From assembly GCA_965200315.1 (NCBI GenBank), contig OZ241362.1, forward strand, positions 4,704,001-4,768,000: a stretch of DNA of 64,000 nucleotides. Direction: 5' to 3'. This stretch comes from Candidatus Latescibacterota bacterium. GTDB lineage: Bacteria > Latescibacterota > UBA2968 > UBA8231. Under the pieces are notes generated by a model. It saw only the letters and a list, made by a program, of their open reading frames with translations, was not told the origin of the DNA and ran no database searches. Position numbers and translations under genes: made by a program. Of this stretch, positions 20,037 through 28,453 are shown piece after piece (positions within the stretch are counted from its first letter, which is position 1; each line of letters begins with the position of its first letter).

Positions 20037-21671
20037 ATGTTCAAGTTCCTCCTGCTTCTACTGCTCTTCTCCGCCCCCCTCTACGCCAACCCCCATTTCC
20101 ACGACGCCACCGAAGAAGCGGGTATCAGCTTCGTCCACGTCAACGGCGCGAATGGCCAGAAGTTTGTCATTGAAACGGTCGGCCCGGGCGGCGGCTTTTT
20201 TGATTACGATGGCGACGGCCGCCTCGACATTTATTTACTCAACGGAGCCGCTGTGCCCGGGACCGAATACGACCCCGCGCCGCAAAACGCGCTCTATCGC
20301 AATCGCGGCGACGGCGCGTTTGCCGATGTAACCGAGTACGCCGGCGTCGGCGACACCGGCTACGGCATGGGCTGCGCGGTCGGCGACACGGACAACGACG
20401 GCGACTTGGATTTGTACGTGACCAACTTTGGGGCCAATGTGCTGTATCGCAACGAGGGCAATGGAACGTTTGCAAACGCCACGGCCACCTCCCAAGTCGG
20501 CGACGAGGGTTGGGGGGCGAGTGCGGCGTTTGCCGACATCGACCGCGATGGCTTTGTCGATTTGTACGTGGGCAACTACCACAACTTCTCTTACGCCAAT
20601 CACCGCGTCTGCGCTGAGGGCGGTAGCGGGCTGCAACTCTACTGCGGCCCGGAGGCGTTCGACGGGGTGACCGACGTGTTGTATCGCAACGAAGGCGATG
20701 GCACGTTTGCCGACATCACGGTCGCAGCCGGGCTGGGCAGTGCCGAGGGCAAGGAGCTAGGCGTGGTCTTCGGCGACGTGGACCGCGACGGCGACCCAGA
20801 CCTCTATCTAGCCAACGACAAGACCTTGAACTTCTTGTATCTCAACGACGGCACCGGTCGCTTTGCCGAAGAAGCGCTATTGGCCGGCGTTGCCTACAAC
20901 GAGGATGGGGATGTCGAAGCGGGCATGGGCGTTGACATGGGCGATTACGACAACGACGGCGACTACGACCTTTTTGTCACCAACTTTCAATGGGAGACCA
21001 ATACCCTGTACAAGAACCTCGGCGACGGCACCTTTGTCGATGAAACCTTCCTCGCCGGGTTGGGCAAGGGCAGTATCGCCTATTTAGCGTGGGGTACGCG
21101 CTTTTTCGATGCCGACAACGATGGCGACCGCGATCTTTTTATCGCCAATGGCCACCTAGAAAGCGATGTTGAGCAATACGAGAACGCGACCTTCCCCCAG
21201 CGCAATCAGCTCTTTCTCAACCTCGGCGACGGCCGCTTTGAGGAATGCGCAGAGGACGGCGGTGGCCTGTCGTTGAAACGGGTCAGTCGCGGCGCGGCCT
21301 TTGGCGACTACGACGCCGATGGCGATATGGATGTGCTGGTGGCCAATGTCGCGGCTCAGCCCACCTTGCTGCGCAACGACGGCGCGAGCGGTCACTGGGT
21401 GCGCCTGCGGCTAGAGGGCCGCGACAGCAATCGCGCTGGTATCGGCGCTCGCGTTGAAATCACCAGCGGCGGGCAGGTGCAGACCGACGAAGTGCGCTCG
21501 GGTGCCAGCTTTCTCTCGCAGAGCGACCTGCGGCTGCACTTCGGGCTGGGAACGGCCCCCGCTGTCGAGCGCGTGGTCGTCTATTGGCCGAGCGGCCGGG
21601 TGGAGGCATACGCGGGCTTGGCCGTCAACCGCGAGCACCTATTAGTAGAAGGGGAGGGTAAGACGCGATGA
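20037..21671 (+). CDS. CRTAC1-family secreted protein (FG-GAP repeats + ASPIC/UnbV)
   Basis: Signal peptide; DYDGDGRLD-type repeats; SNRAGIGARV...SFLSQS...LHFGLG...WPSG. Confidence 0.9.
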   Translation: MFKFLLLLLLFSAPLYANPHFHDATEEAGISFVHVNGANGQKFVIETVGPGGGFFDYDGDGRLDIYLLNGAAVPGTEYDPAPQNALYRNRGDGAFADVTEYAGVGDTGYGMGCAVGDTDNDGDLDLYVTNFGANVLYRNEGNGTFANATATSQVGDEGWGASAAFADIDRDGFVDLYVGNYHNFSYANHRVCAEGGSGLQLYCGPEAFDGVTDVLYRNEGDGTFADITVAAGLGSAEGKELGVVFGDVDRDGDPDLYLANDKTLNFLYLNDGTGRFAEEALLAGVAYNEDGDVEAGMGVDMGDYDNDGDYDLFVTNFQWETNTLYKNLGDGTFVDETFLAGLGKGSIAYLAWGTRFFDADNDGDRDLFIANGHLESDVEQYENATFPQRNQLFLNLGDGRFEECAEDGGGLSLKRVSRGAAFGDYDADGDMDVLVANVAAQPTLLRNDGASGHWVRLRLEGRDSNRAGIGARVEITSGGQVQTDEVRSGASFLSQSDLRLHFGLGTAPAVERVVVYWPSGRVEAYAGLAVNREHLLVEGEGKTR

Positions 21672-23134
21672 GGATGTGGTCCGTAGTTCGCGATCAGTCG
21701 TCAGGGGTCAATCCCCGCACATCCACAACGGCTGGGCGGAGTGGGATAGCTGCTGGCCAGTGGCCCCTGCCGTTACTAGTCTGCCTCGCTCTGTGCGCCT
21801 GCGAGCCGGAAAGTCCGCCCGAAAAGGTGCGTCCCGGTGCCGCCATGGACGCCGAGCTGCTCTTTGTGCGCGGCACCGGGCTGGCCGCCGAGGGCCGCCA
21901 CACCGAGGCCATCGACGCCTACCAACAGGCGGCCTCGCTAGCACCCAACTCCGCCAAGGTCCACTACAACCTCGGCAACGCCTACGCGCGTCAGCTCGAT
22001 TATTCCCGGGCGATGGTGGCCTATCAGCGCGTATTGGCACTCGATTCGACGCACGTATCGGCGCGGCACAACCTCGCGGCCCTGTACGTCAAGCAGCTCA
22101 ACTACGCCCAAGCCATCCAAGAACACCGCCGGGTTCTCGCGTTGGCCCCCGGCCATCTGACGACCTACTACGACCTCAGCTACATCTACTTCTTGCGCGG
22201 CGAGTACGACGAGGTGGAAACGCTGCTGCAAGCAGGTCTGGACCGCGACTCGACCCATGCCTCCTTCTACCGGCTGCTGGGCCGGACGCGCCTGAAGGAA
22301 CTCGACTTTGAGCGGGCAGCGGCAGCCCTGACGTACGCGGTCGCGCTAGACAGCACGGATGCGGCCGCGTACGTCGATTTGGCGCAGGTGGAACTCAAGC
22401 GGCGCGAGTACGCGGCCGCTGAACGCGCCGCCCGCCGCGCTATTGCGCTCGACTCCCGGTCCAAGGAGGCGTATTTCGCGCTGGCCAATGCCCTCAAGCG
22501 GCTCGGCCGCCGCGAGGAGAGTACCGAAGTGCTGGCGCAGTTCCGGGCGCTCGACCAGCAGCTCGACAAAATCGACGATCAGCTACGGATGCTGGGCAAT
22601 GTGCCCGACGACCACGAGGCGCGGGCGCAATTGGGTCTGCTGTACACTGAGCAGGGCCGCTTGGCCGAAGCGGCTGAAGCGTATCGGCTGGCCGTGCGTC
22701 TCGCGCCGGACAGCCTGCGCTACCGCAACAACTTAGGCAACCTCTACCTGCGCTTGGGCCAGCTCGCCGAGGCCGTCGCCGAGTATCAAGCCGCGCTGGC
22801 CTTGGACTCAGCATACGCTAAGGCTCACTACAATTTGGGGCAGGCGTACATGCGCTTGCAGCGCTTTGACGAGGCCCTAGCCAGCCTCGCCGAAGCGCGT
22901 CGCTTAACCCCGCAAGACGAGGAGATTCATTACTTTTTGGGGCTGCTCCACGCGCAGGCTGGCGACTACGCCAAGGCCGCCGAGATGCTGGCATTTGCAG
23001 CGGAAGCCCGGCCGGACTGGCTCGACGCCCGGCAGAAATTAGCTGTGGCGTACTTGAAGTCGGGAAAGATAGAAGAGAGCAAGCGAGAGCTAGCGGCGAT
23101 TCAGCAGATGAAAGAGAGCGAACAGCATGAGTAA
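21668..23134 (+). CDS. TPR-repeat lipoprotein
   Basis: Lipobox-like LCAC; many YNLGNAY/NNLGNLY TPRs; ATGA overlap with the upstream gene. Confidence 0.88.
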   Translation: MRMWSVVRDQSSGVNPRTSTTAGRSGIAAGQWPLPLLVCLALCACEPESPPEKVRPGAAMDAELLFVRGTGLAAEGRHTEAIDAYQQAASLAPNSAKVHYNLGNAYARQLDYSRAMVAYQRVLALDSTHVSARHNLAALYVKQLNYAQAIQEHRRVLALAPGHLTTYYDLSYIYFLRGEYDEVETLLQAGLDRDSTHASFYRLLGRTRLKELDFERAAAALTYAVALDSTDAAAYVDLAQVELKRREYAAAERAARRAIALDSRSKEAYFALANALKRLGRREESTEVLAQFRALDQQLDKIDDQLRMLGNVPDDHEARAQLGLLYTEQGRLAEAAEAYRLAVRLAPDSLRYRNNLGNLYLRLGQLAEAVAEYQAALALDSAYAKAHYNLGQAYMRLQRFDEALASLAEARRLTPQDEEIHYFLGLLHAQAGDYAKAAEMLAFAAEARPDWLDARQKLAVAYLKSGKIEESKRELAAIQQMKESEQHE

Positions 23135-24692
23135 GCGTTGGATGGGAACCGTACTCTGCGCGGCGCTAGTCAGCTTGAGTGGTTGTGCCGAGGACGGACC
23201 GGCTGTAGCCACGGAAGATGCCGTCTTGGTGGAGGTGGGGCCAACGGCGATTCGGGTGGCGGATTACCGTCAGTTCACTACGCGAGTGGCAGCGGAATTG
23301 CGGGCGGAATATGGGGCTGAAAGACTGTTGGAGGCTATCGTTGAGCAGACGCTGCTGGTGCAGGAAGCCGAGCGGCGAGGCTTGGGGGCGAGCGCGGAGT
23401 TTTTGCAATGGCAGACGCAGGCGCAGGCGCGGCTGGTGCAGCAGGCCTTGTACGAGCGCGCCGGCATCGTCCAGCCCGAAGTAGCCGAGGAAGAGTTGCG
23501 GGCCTATTTCCAGCGCAGCCCCTATAACCGCCGAGTGCGCTTCAGTCTGCTGATGGTGCGCGAGCAAGAGCAGCTACCGGAGGTTTTGGCCGCGCTCGCC
23601 TCAGGAGCGGACTTTGAGGAACTGTCGCTGCGTCATTCTCAGGACTCGCGGATACTAGAGCGCCGCGCCGACATGGGCTATCACCGCTGGGGCGATACCA
23701 TGGCCTCGCACGCCGCTCTGACTGAAAGGGCCTTCTCCATGCAAGTCGGGGAGATCTCCGAGCCGATGCAGGTGGCCGATGGGTACTTTCTCATCAGGCT
23801 CACGGACACTCACCCGGTTAGCTTTGAGCAGGAGCGGGAGACCATTCAGCGCTGGGTGCTGCGGGAAAAGCTCGGGCGACAGCTCTTGGCTTATTACGAC
23901 ACCCTGCACGTGCGCTATGATGTGCGCTACGAGCCGGACGGGTTGGCGGGGTCGCCGGAAGCGGTCGTGGCTGCGTACGACGGCGGGGTGCTAACAATCG
24001 CGCAGGCCCGCGAGCTGCTGAAGGGTCAAGGCGAGGGCGAGAAGGTGCTGCGGCGCGAGGTCGGGCGGCGGGTGTTGGTCCCGCTCGAAATCGCGCGGCT
24101 CGCGCTCGCCGACGCCCCAAACCTGCAACGCGAACTAGAGCGGCTGCGGCAGACGCAGCTTGCGCGGTGCTTACAGGACGCGCTGCAAGCGCAGGTGCCA
24201 CCGCCCAATCCCAACGGCCTAAGCCTGTTTTACGAGGAGCACAAGCTCCGTTACACGGCACCGGCCGAGGTGGAGGTGCGCCGGCTCCTCGCCCGCGATG
24301 AGGCCGAGGGCACCGCCATCGCTGAGCAGATGCGGGCCGGCCGCGATACGACCGCGCTGGTGGACCGCTTCGTCAGCGTGATTTACGGCAGCGGTGCGCT
24401 GGAGGGCGACAATCCGGTCAGCCGCGCCCTGCGCGCCGACGAGGGAACCTTTCACGGCCCCTTTGCCACGGATAATGGTTATATTGTCTTACAGGTGTTG
24501 CGCCGCCGCCCGGACCGACTGCCGCCGCTAAGCGAAATCCGCGAGCAGGTGGAGGCGGATTGGGCGGCCGCGCAGCTCCAAGCCGCGGTCCAGGAGCTGG
24601 CCGCGTCTTTGCGCCAGCGCCGCGCCAACGAAATCCGCTTCAGCCCAGACGCTGTGGCACTAGCCCTGTTGGCTACTTCTCATGGCGAGTAA
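23127..24692 (+). CDS. Lipoprotein foldase with PpiC domains
   Basis: Lipobox LSGC; GADFEELSLRHSQD...DMGY, GEISEP...GYFLIRL and GPFATDNGYIVLQV. Confidence 0.82.
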   Translation: MSKRWMGTVLCAALVSLSGCAEDGPAVATEDAVLVEVGPTAIRVADYRQFTTRVAAELRAEYGAERLLEAIVEQTLLVQEAERRGLGASAEFLQWQTQAQARLVQQALYERAGIVQPEVAEEELRAYFQRSPYNRRVRFSLLMVREQEQLPEVLAALASGADFEELSLRHSQDSRILERRADMGYHRWGDTMASHAALTERAFSMQVGEISEPMQVADGYFLIRLTDTHPVSFEQERETIQRWVLREKLGRQLLAYYDTLHVRYDVRYEPDGLAGSPEAVVAAYDGGVLTIAQARELLKGQGEGEKVLRREVGRRVLVPLEIARLALADAPNLQRELERLRQTQLARCLQDALQAQVPPPNPNGLSLFYEEHKLRYTAPAEVEVRRLLARDEAEGTAIAEQMRAGRDTTALVDRFVSVIYGSGALEGDNPVSRALRADEGTFHGPFATDNGYIVLQVLRRRPDRLPPLSEIREQVEADWAAAQLQAAVQELAASLRQRRANEIRFSPDAVALALLATSHGE

Positions 24693-25734
24693 TTCTATCG
24701 TTCTGCAACCTGCCTATATCGTCGATCGCCGGCAGGACTATATCTGGTTTGTGAGCCTACCCTTTGCCGCGGTTTGCTTTGCGCTCGTGTCCGGGCACTA
24801 CCTGCCGGGGGCGGCACTGGCGGCCATCGCCTTGTGGGTGACGATTCCGCATCACTTCGTCACTTGGTTGCGCGTGTATGGCTCGCCGGCGGAATTTGCC
24901 CGCTTTAAGGAACGCTTCATTCTCGGGCCGATAGTGTTGGTCGCCTTTGCCTACGGCCTGATCCAATGGGCGCCGTTGAGCTTGGTGTTGATCGTGACGT
25001 TGTGGGATCACCAGCACAGCTTGATGCAGCAATACGGCTTTGCGCGCGTGTACGACTTCAAGGCCAAGGCCGGTACGCCCGCCACTGCTAGGTTCGACTT
25101 GGCCTTCAATTGGATTTTTTTTGGCAACATGCTCGTGGTGTCGCCGCTGTTTTCCACGGTTTGGGTGCGTATGTTGCACGAGTGGCACCTGCCCATCAGC
25201 GCGGAAGCGGTAGAGGCGGTACACCTCGTCTCGTGGACCATTGCCATTGCCTACGGCCTGATCTACGTGGGACACATCGCCTATTGCGCCTATCGCGGCT
25301 TGGCGCTTAATCCCCTCAAATACGTCTTTCTGCTGTCGAGCTATTTCCTGTGGTACTTCACCAGTTTTACCACGGCCTATCTGCTCGTCTTTGCAGTGGC
25401 GCACCGGATCATGCACGGGATCCAGTATATCGTCATGGTGTATTTCTACAACCGCCACAAGGTCGAGCGCACGGGCGGCGACTCGGCCCTGCTGCGCTGC
25501 GTGGCGGGCAAGAGGGGCGTCAAGTTCTTTCTCTTGCTGTGCGCGGCCTACGCCGTCGTCTTTCACGCGCTGAGCGAGGGCTTGGTGCGCGACTTTGGCT
25601 TTGGCCTCGTCGGCTTCAACACCAATTTCGACCTCTTCAGCTATTCGCTGCTCAGTTCCTTTGCCCTGATCCACTACTACTATGACGCTTTTATATGGAA
25701 AGTGCGGAAAAAGGACGTGCAGGAGGGGCTGTAA
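24682..25734 (+). CDS. His-motif polytopic membrane protein of unknown function, putative metal-binding enzyme
   Basis: Multiple TM helices with PHH, WDHQHSLMQQYGF, AHRIMHGIQY and IHYYYDAFIWK. Confidence 0.75.
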   Translation: MASNSIVLQPAYIVDRRQDYIWFVSLPFAAVCFALVSGHYLPGAALAAIALWVTIPHHFVTWLRVYGSPAEFARFKERFILGPIVLVAFAYGLIQWAPLSLVLIVTLWDHQHSLMQQYGFARVYDFKAKAGTPATARFDLAFNWIFFGNMLVVSPLFSTVWVRMLHEWHLPISAEAVEAVHLVSWTIAIAYGLIYVGHIAYCAYRGLALNPLKYVFLLSSYFLWYFTSFTTAYLLVFAVAHRIMHGIQYIVMVYFYNRHKVERTGGDSALLRCVAGKRGVKFFLLLCAAYAVVFHALSEGLVRDFGFGLVGFNTNFDLFSYSLLSSFALIHYYYDAFIWKVRKKDVQEGL

Positions 25735-25765
25735 CGACCACTCATCAGGACTAGGAGATTGATCT

Positions 25766-27607
25766 ATGCTCGAAGTCGGCCTCGCCATTGCTGCATTCGC
25801 CGTCGCCGCGGCCGTGGTCCGCCAAGCCGCCGCCGATAAGTCCTACGACCTCTCCGACGGAGAGCGCCATCCGCACAAATGGGGCTACACGGACACCCGC
25901 TTTGAGTTCGACGGGCCGAAGACCGTGCGGGTTACGGGCAGCCGCTATCCGCTGGCCGGCTTCACTATGCCGCACTTCATCCCCTTTGTCGAAGAGATGC
26001 TCGAGGTGCCGATTGATCCCAACGAGATGGCCGTCGAAAAAGAGGTCCACGAGGTGCCGCCCTCGCGGGCAGACGCCAGCCTCGTCGCTGCTTGGCAAGA
26101 CGCGCTCGGTGCCGAGCGGGTGTCGCTCGACGACGCGGAGCGCCTGATCCACAGCCACGGCCAGCTCAGCGTCGATGAGGTCTATCGCCTGCTCTACGGC
26201 GATGCCTTGGAGCGAGTGGTCGATCTGGTGCTTTATCCAGAGAGCGAAGACCACGTGCGCACCATCGTGCGCCTCGCGTCCGAGCTCAGTATTTGCCTCG
26301 TGCCCTACGGCGGCGGCACCAACGTCAGCGGCGCACTGGCCTTGCCCGCCGGCGACGACCGCGTCTTTGCTTCGGTCGATATGCGGCGCATGAAGCGGAT
26401 CGTCGATCTCGACGAGGACAACCTCCAAGCCTGCATTGAAGCGGGGATTTCGGGCAAGGAGCTGGAGCGGGAACTCGCCGTTCGGGGCTACACGGTCGGC
26501 CACGACCCCGACAGCATCGAGCTTTCGACCCTAGGAGGCTGGATCGCGACCAATGCCAGCGGCATGAAGAAAAACCGCTACGGCAATATCGAAGACATCG
26601 TCCTCGAAGCGACCTTGGTGACGCCGACCGGCGCGGTGGAGACCTTGCACACCACGCCGCGCAACTCGACCGGCATCCAGCCACGCGGGCTGCTTTTTGG
26701 CTCGGAGGGCAACCTCGGCATCATCACTAAGGCCGTGCTCAAGATCCATCCCCAACCGGAAGTGCGCGAGTACGGTTCGCTGGTGTTCAAGTCCTTTGCC
26801 CAAGGCGTGGAATACTTGCAGGCCCTGCGCCAGACCGGGACTTTGCCGGCGAGTATCCGCTTGGTCAACAACCAAGAATTCCGCTTCGGTCAGGCCCTCA
26901 AGGCCGCGCCTTCTGCCTTGAAGCACCTCAAGGAAAAGGTGCAGAAGTTCGCCTTGTTGAAGGTGTTGGGCTTTGATCCGCTAAAAATGGTGGCGTGTAC
27001 GATCGCGATGGAGGGGACTCGCGCCGAGGTCTCGCATCAGAAGCGGACGATCTTCAAGCTAGCCAAGGCTCACGGCGGCAAGAGCGCCGGTGCCACCAAT
27101 GGCCAGCGCGGCTACATGCTGACCTTTGGGATCGCCTATATCCGCGACTTTTTGAACCAGTTCGATTTCTTGGGCGAGACCTTTGAGACCTCCGTGCCTT
27201 GGAGCCGCATTCACGACGTGACGCAGGCCGTGCAAGCCGAGCTGACCGCGCAATGTAGCGCCCACGGCGTGGCCGGGCGGCCCTACCTGTCGTACCGGGT
27301 GACGCAGACTTATCACACCGGGGTGTGCATTTACTTTACGATGGGGTTTTGCGGGCGGGGATTGGCGCATCCCATTGAGGTCTATCACAACATCGAGCAC
27401 GCGCTGCGGCAGACGATTTTGGACAACGGCGGCTCGCTATCCCACCACCACGGGGTAGGTAAAATCCGCCAGAGCTTCGTCCAGCACATCCAGAGCGACA
27501 ACAGCATTGAGGCCCTGCGCAAGACCAAAGAAGCGCTGGACCCCCAGAATATTTTCGGCATTCAGAATGGGATTTTTGGCAGTGCGTACCGGAAGCCTGA
27601 GCAATAA
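25766..27607 (+). CDS. agpS: Alkyl-dihydroxyacetonephosphate synthase (FAD-linked, VAO family), eukaryote-like
   Basis: AGGAG RBS; PYGGGTNVS, GHDPDSIELSTLGGWIATNASGMKKNRYGNIED, GSEGNLGIIT, PASIRL, ETFETSVPW, RVTQTY..GVCIYF and the diagnostic SLSHHHGVGK. Confidence 0.9.
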   Translation: MLEVGLAIAAFAVAAAVVRQAAADKSYDLSDGERHPHKWGYTDTRFEFDGPKTVRVTGSRYPLAGFTMPHFIPFVEEMLEVPIDPNEMAVEKEVHEVPPSRADASLVAAWQDALGAERVSLDDAERLIHSHGQLSVDEVYRLLYGDALERVVDLVLYPESEDHVRTIVRLASELSICLVPYGGGTNVSGALALPAGDDRVFASVDMRRMKRIVDLDEDNLQACIEAGISGKELERELAVRGYTVGHDPDSIELSTLGGWIATNASGMKKNRYGNIEDIVLEATLVTPTGAVETLHTTPRNSTGIQPRGLLFGSEGNLGIITKAVLKIHPQPEVREYGSLVFKSFAQGVEYLQALRQTGTLPASIRLVNNQEFRFGQALKAAPSALKHLKEKVQKFALLKVLGFDPLKMVACTIAMEGTRAEVSHQKRTIFKLAKAHGGKSAGATNGQRGYMLTFGIAYIRDFLNQFDFLGETFETSVPWSRIHDVTQAVQAELTAQCSAHGVAGRPYLSYRVTQTYHTGVCIYFTMGFCGRGLAHPIEVYHNIEHALRQTILDNGGSLSHHHGVGKIRQSFVQHIQSDNSIEALRKTKEALDPQNIFGIQNGIFGSAYRKPEQ

Positions 27608-28400
27608 GACCATTGTTATCACCGGTGCTTCTGCGGGCTTGGGCGCGACGCTGGCGGTGGAGTGTGCCCAACAGGGAGCGCAGTTGGTTATCTTGGCGCG
27701 GAATGCCGAGCGGCTGGAGGCCGTTGCCCGCGAGTGCGAGCAGTTGGGAAGCGCGGTGCTGACCGTCGTTGGGGATGTCGCCGTCGCCGAGGACGGTAGG
27801 CGGCTGGTGGAGGCCGCGATAGAGCGGTTTGGGTGCCTAGACTACTTGGTTGCCAACGCCGGCGTCAGCATGTGGACTGCGTTTGCCGAGGTCGAGGATG
27901 TGGGGTTATTCCGCACGCTGGCGGAGGTGAATTACTTGGGGGCTGTGCATTGTGTGCATCCGGCGCTGCCGCATCTCAAAAAAAGCAAGGGCCTATTCGT
28001 GGTCATTTCGTCGATTCAGGGGCAGGTGGGGGTGCCGCTGCACACTGGGTACTCGGCGTCCAAACACGCGCTACAGGGGTTTTGCGATGCGCTGCGGATG
28101 GAGGTGGCCGAGAGCGGGGTGGGGGTTATGACCGTGCTCTTGCACTGGCTCAGGGGGACGGAGCTGCGGCAACGCGCACTGGGGAAAGACGGGAAGGCGT
28201 TGGGGGCTGCATCGCGCAAACACCGGGCGGAAGCGGTGAGCTTGGAGCAGGCGGCGCAGGCGATTGTGCGCGGGATGCAGAATCGGCGGCAGCGGCTCTA
28301 CGTGCCGAGGCGACTCAGGCTGCTGGCGGTGGTTCACGCCCTGTGGCCGTCGCTGGCCGAGTGGGTCGTCAAGGGGAAGGTGGCGCGGGAGGAAGGGTAG
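27582..28400 (+). CDS. Short-chain dehydrogenase/reductase, DHRS7/DHRS7B-like
   Basis: ITGASAGLG, ARN, ANAG and YSASKHALQGFCDALR motifs. Start is GTG 27582 or ATG 27567, overlapping the AGPS stop. Confidence 0.88.
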   Translation: MRTGSLSNKTIVITGASAGLGATLAVECAQQGAQLVILARNAERLEAVARECEQLGSAVLTVVGDVAVAEDGRRLVEAAIERFGCLDYLVANAGVSMWTAFAEVEDVGLFRTLAEVNYLGAVHCVHPALPHLKKSKGLFVVISSIQGQVGVPLHTGYSASKHALQGFCDALRMEVAESGVGVMTVLLHWLRGTELRQRALGKDGKALGAASRKHRAEAVSLEQAAQAIVRGMQNRRQRLYVPRRLRLLAVVHALWPSLAEWVVKGKVAREEG

Positions 28401-28453
28401 GCCGGATTCACTAGATGATCCGCAGATGTCCGCAGAATAGCGAATTGTTCAAG

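Noticed and set aside
24757-25788. Long antisense and alternate-frame ORFs (also 7411..8229, 44022..45038, 55276..56619, 62879..63781)
   Set aside because: They shadow well-supported genes in GC-rich DNA and have no recognisable motifs.
28419-28436. 10-nt-period tandem TCCGCAG at the island border (similar at 47191-47209) as an att site
   Set aside because: Too short, and no matching copy was seen at the other island end near 42544.
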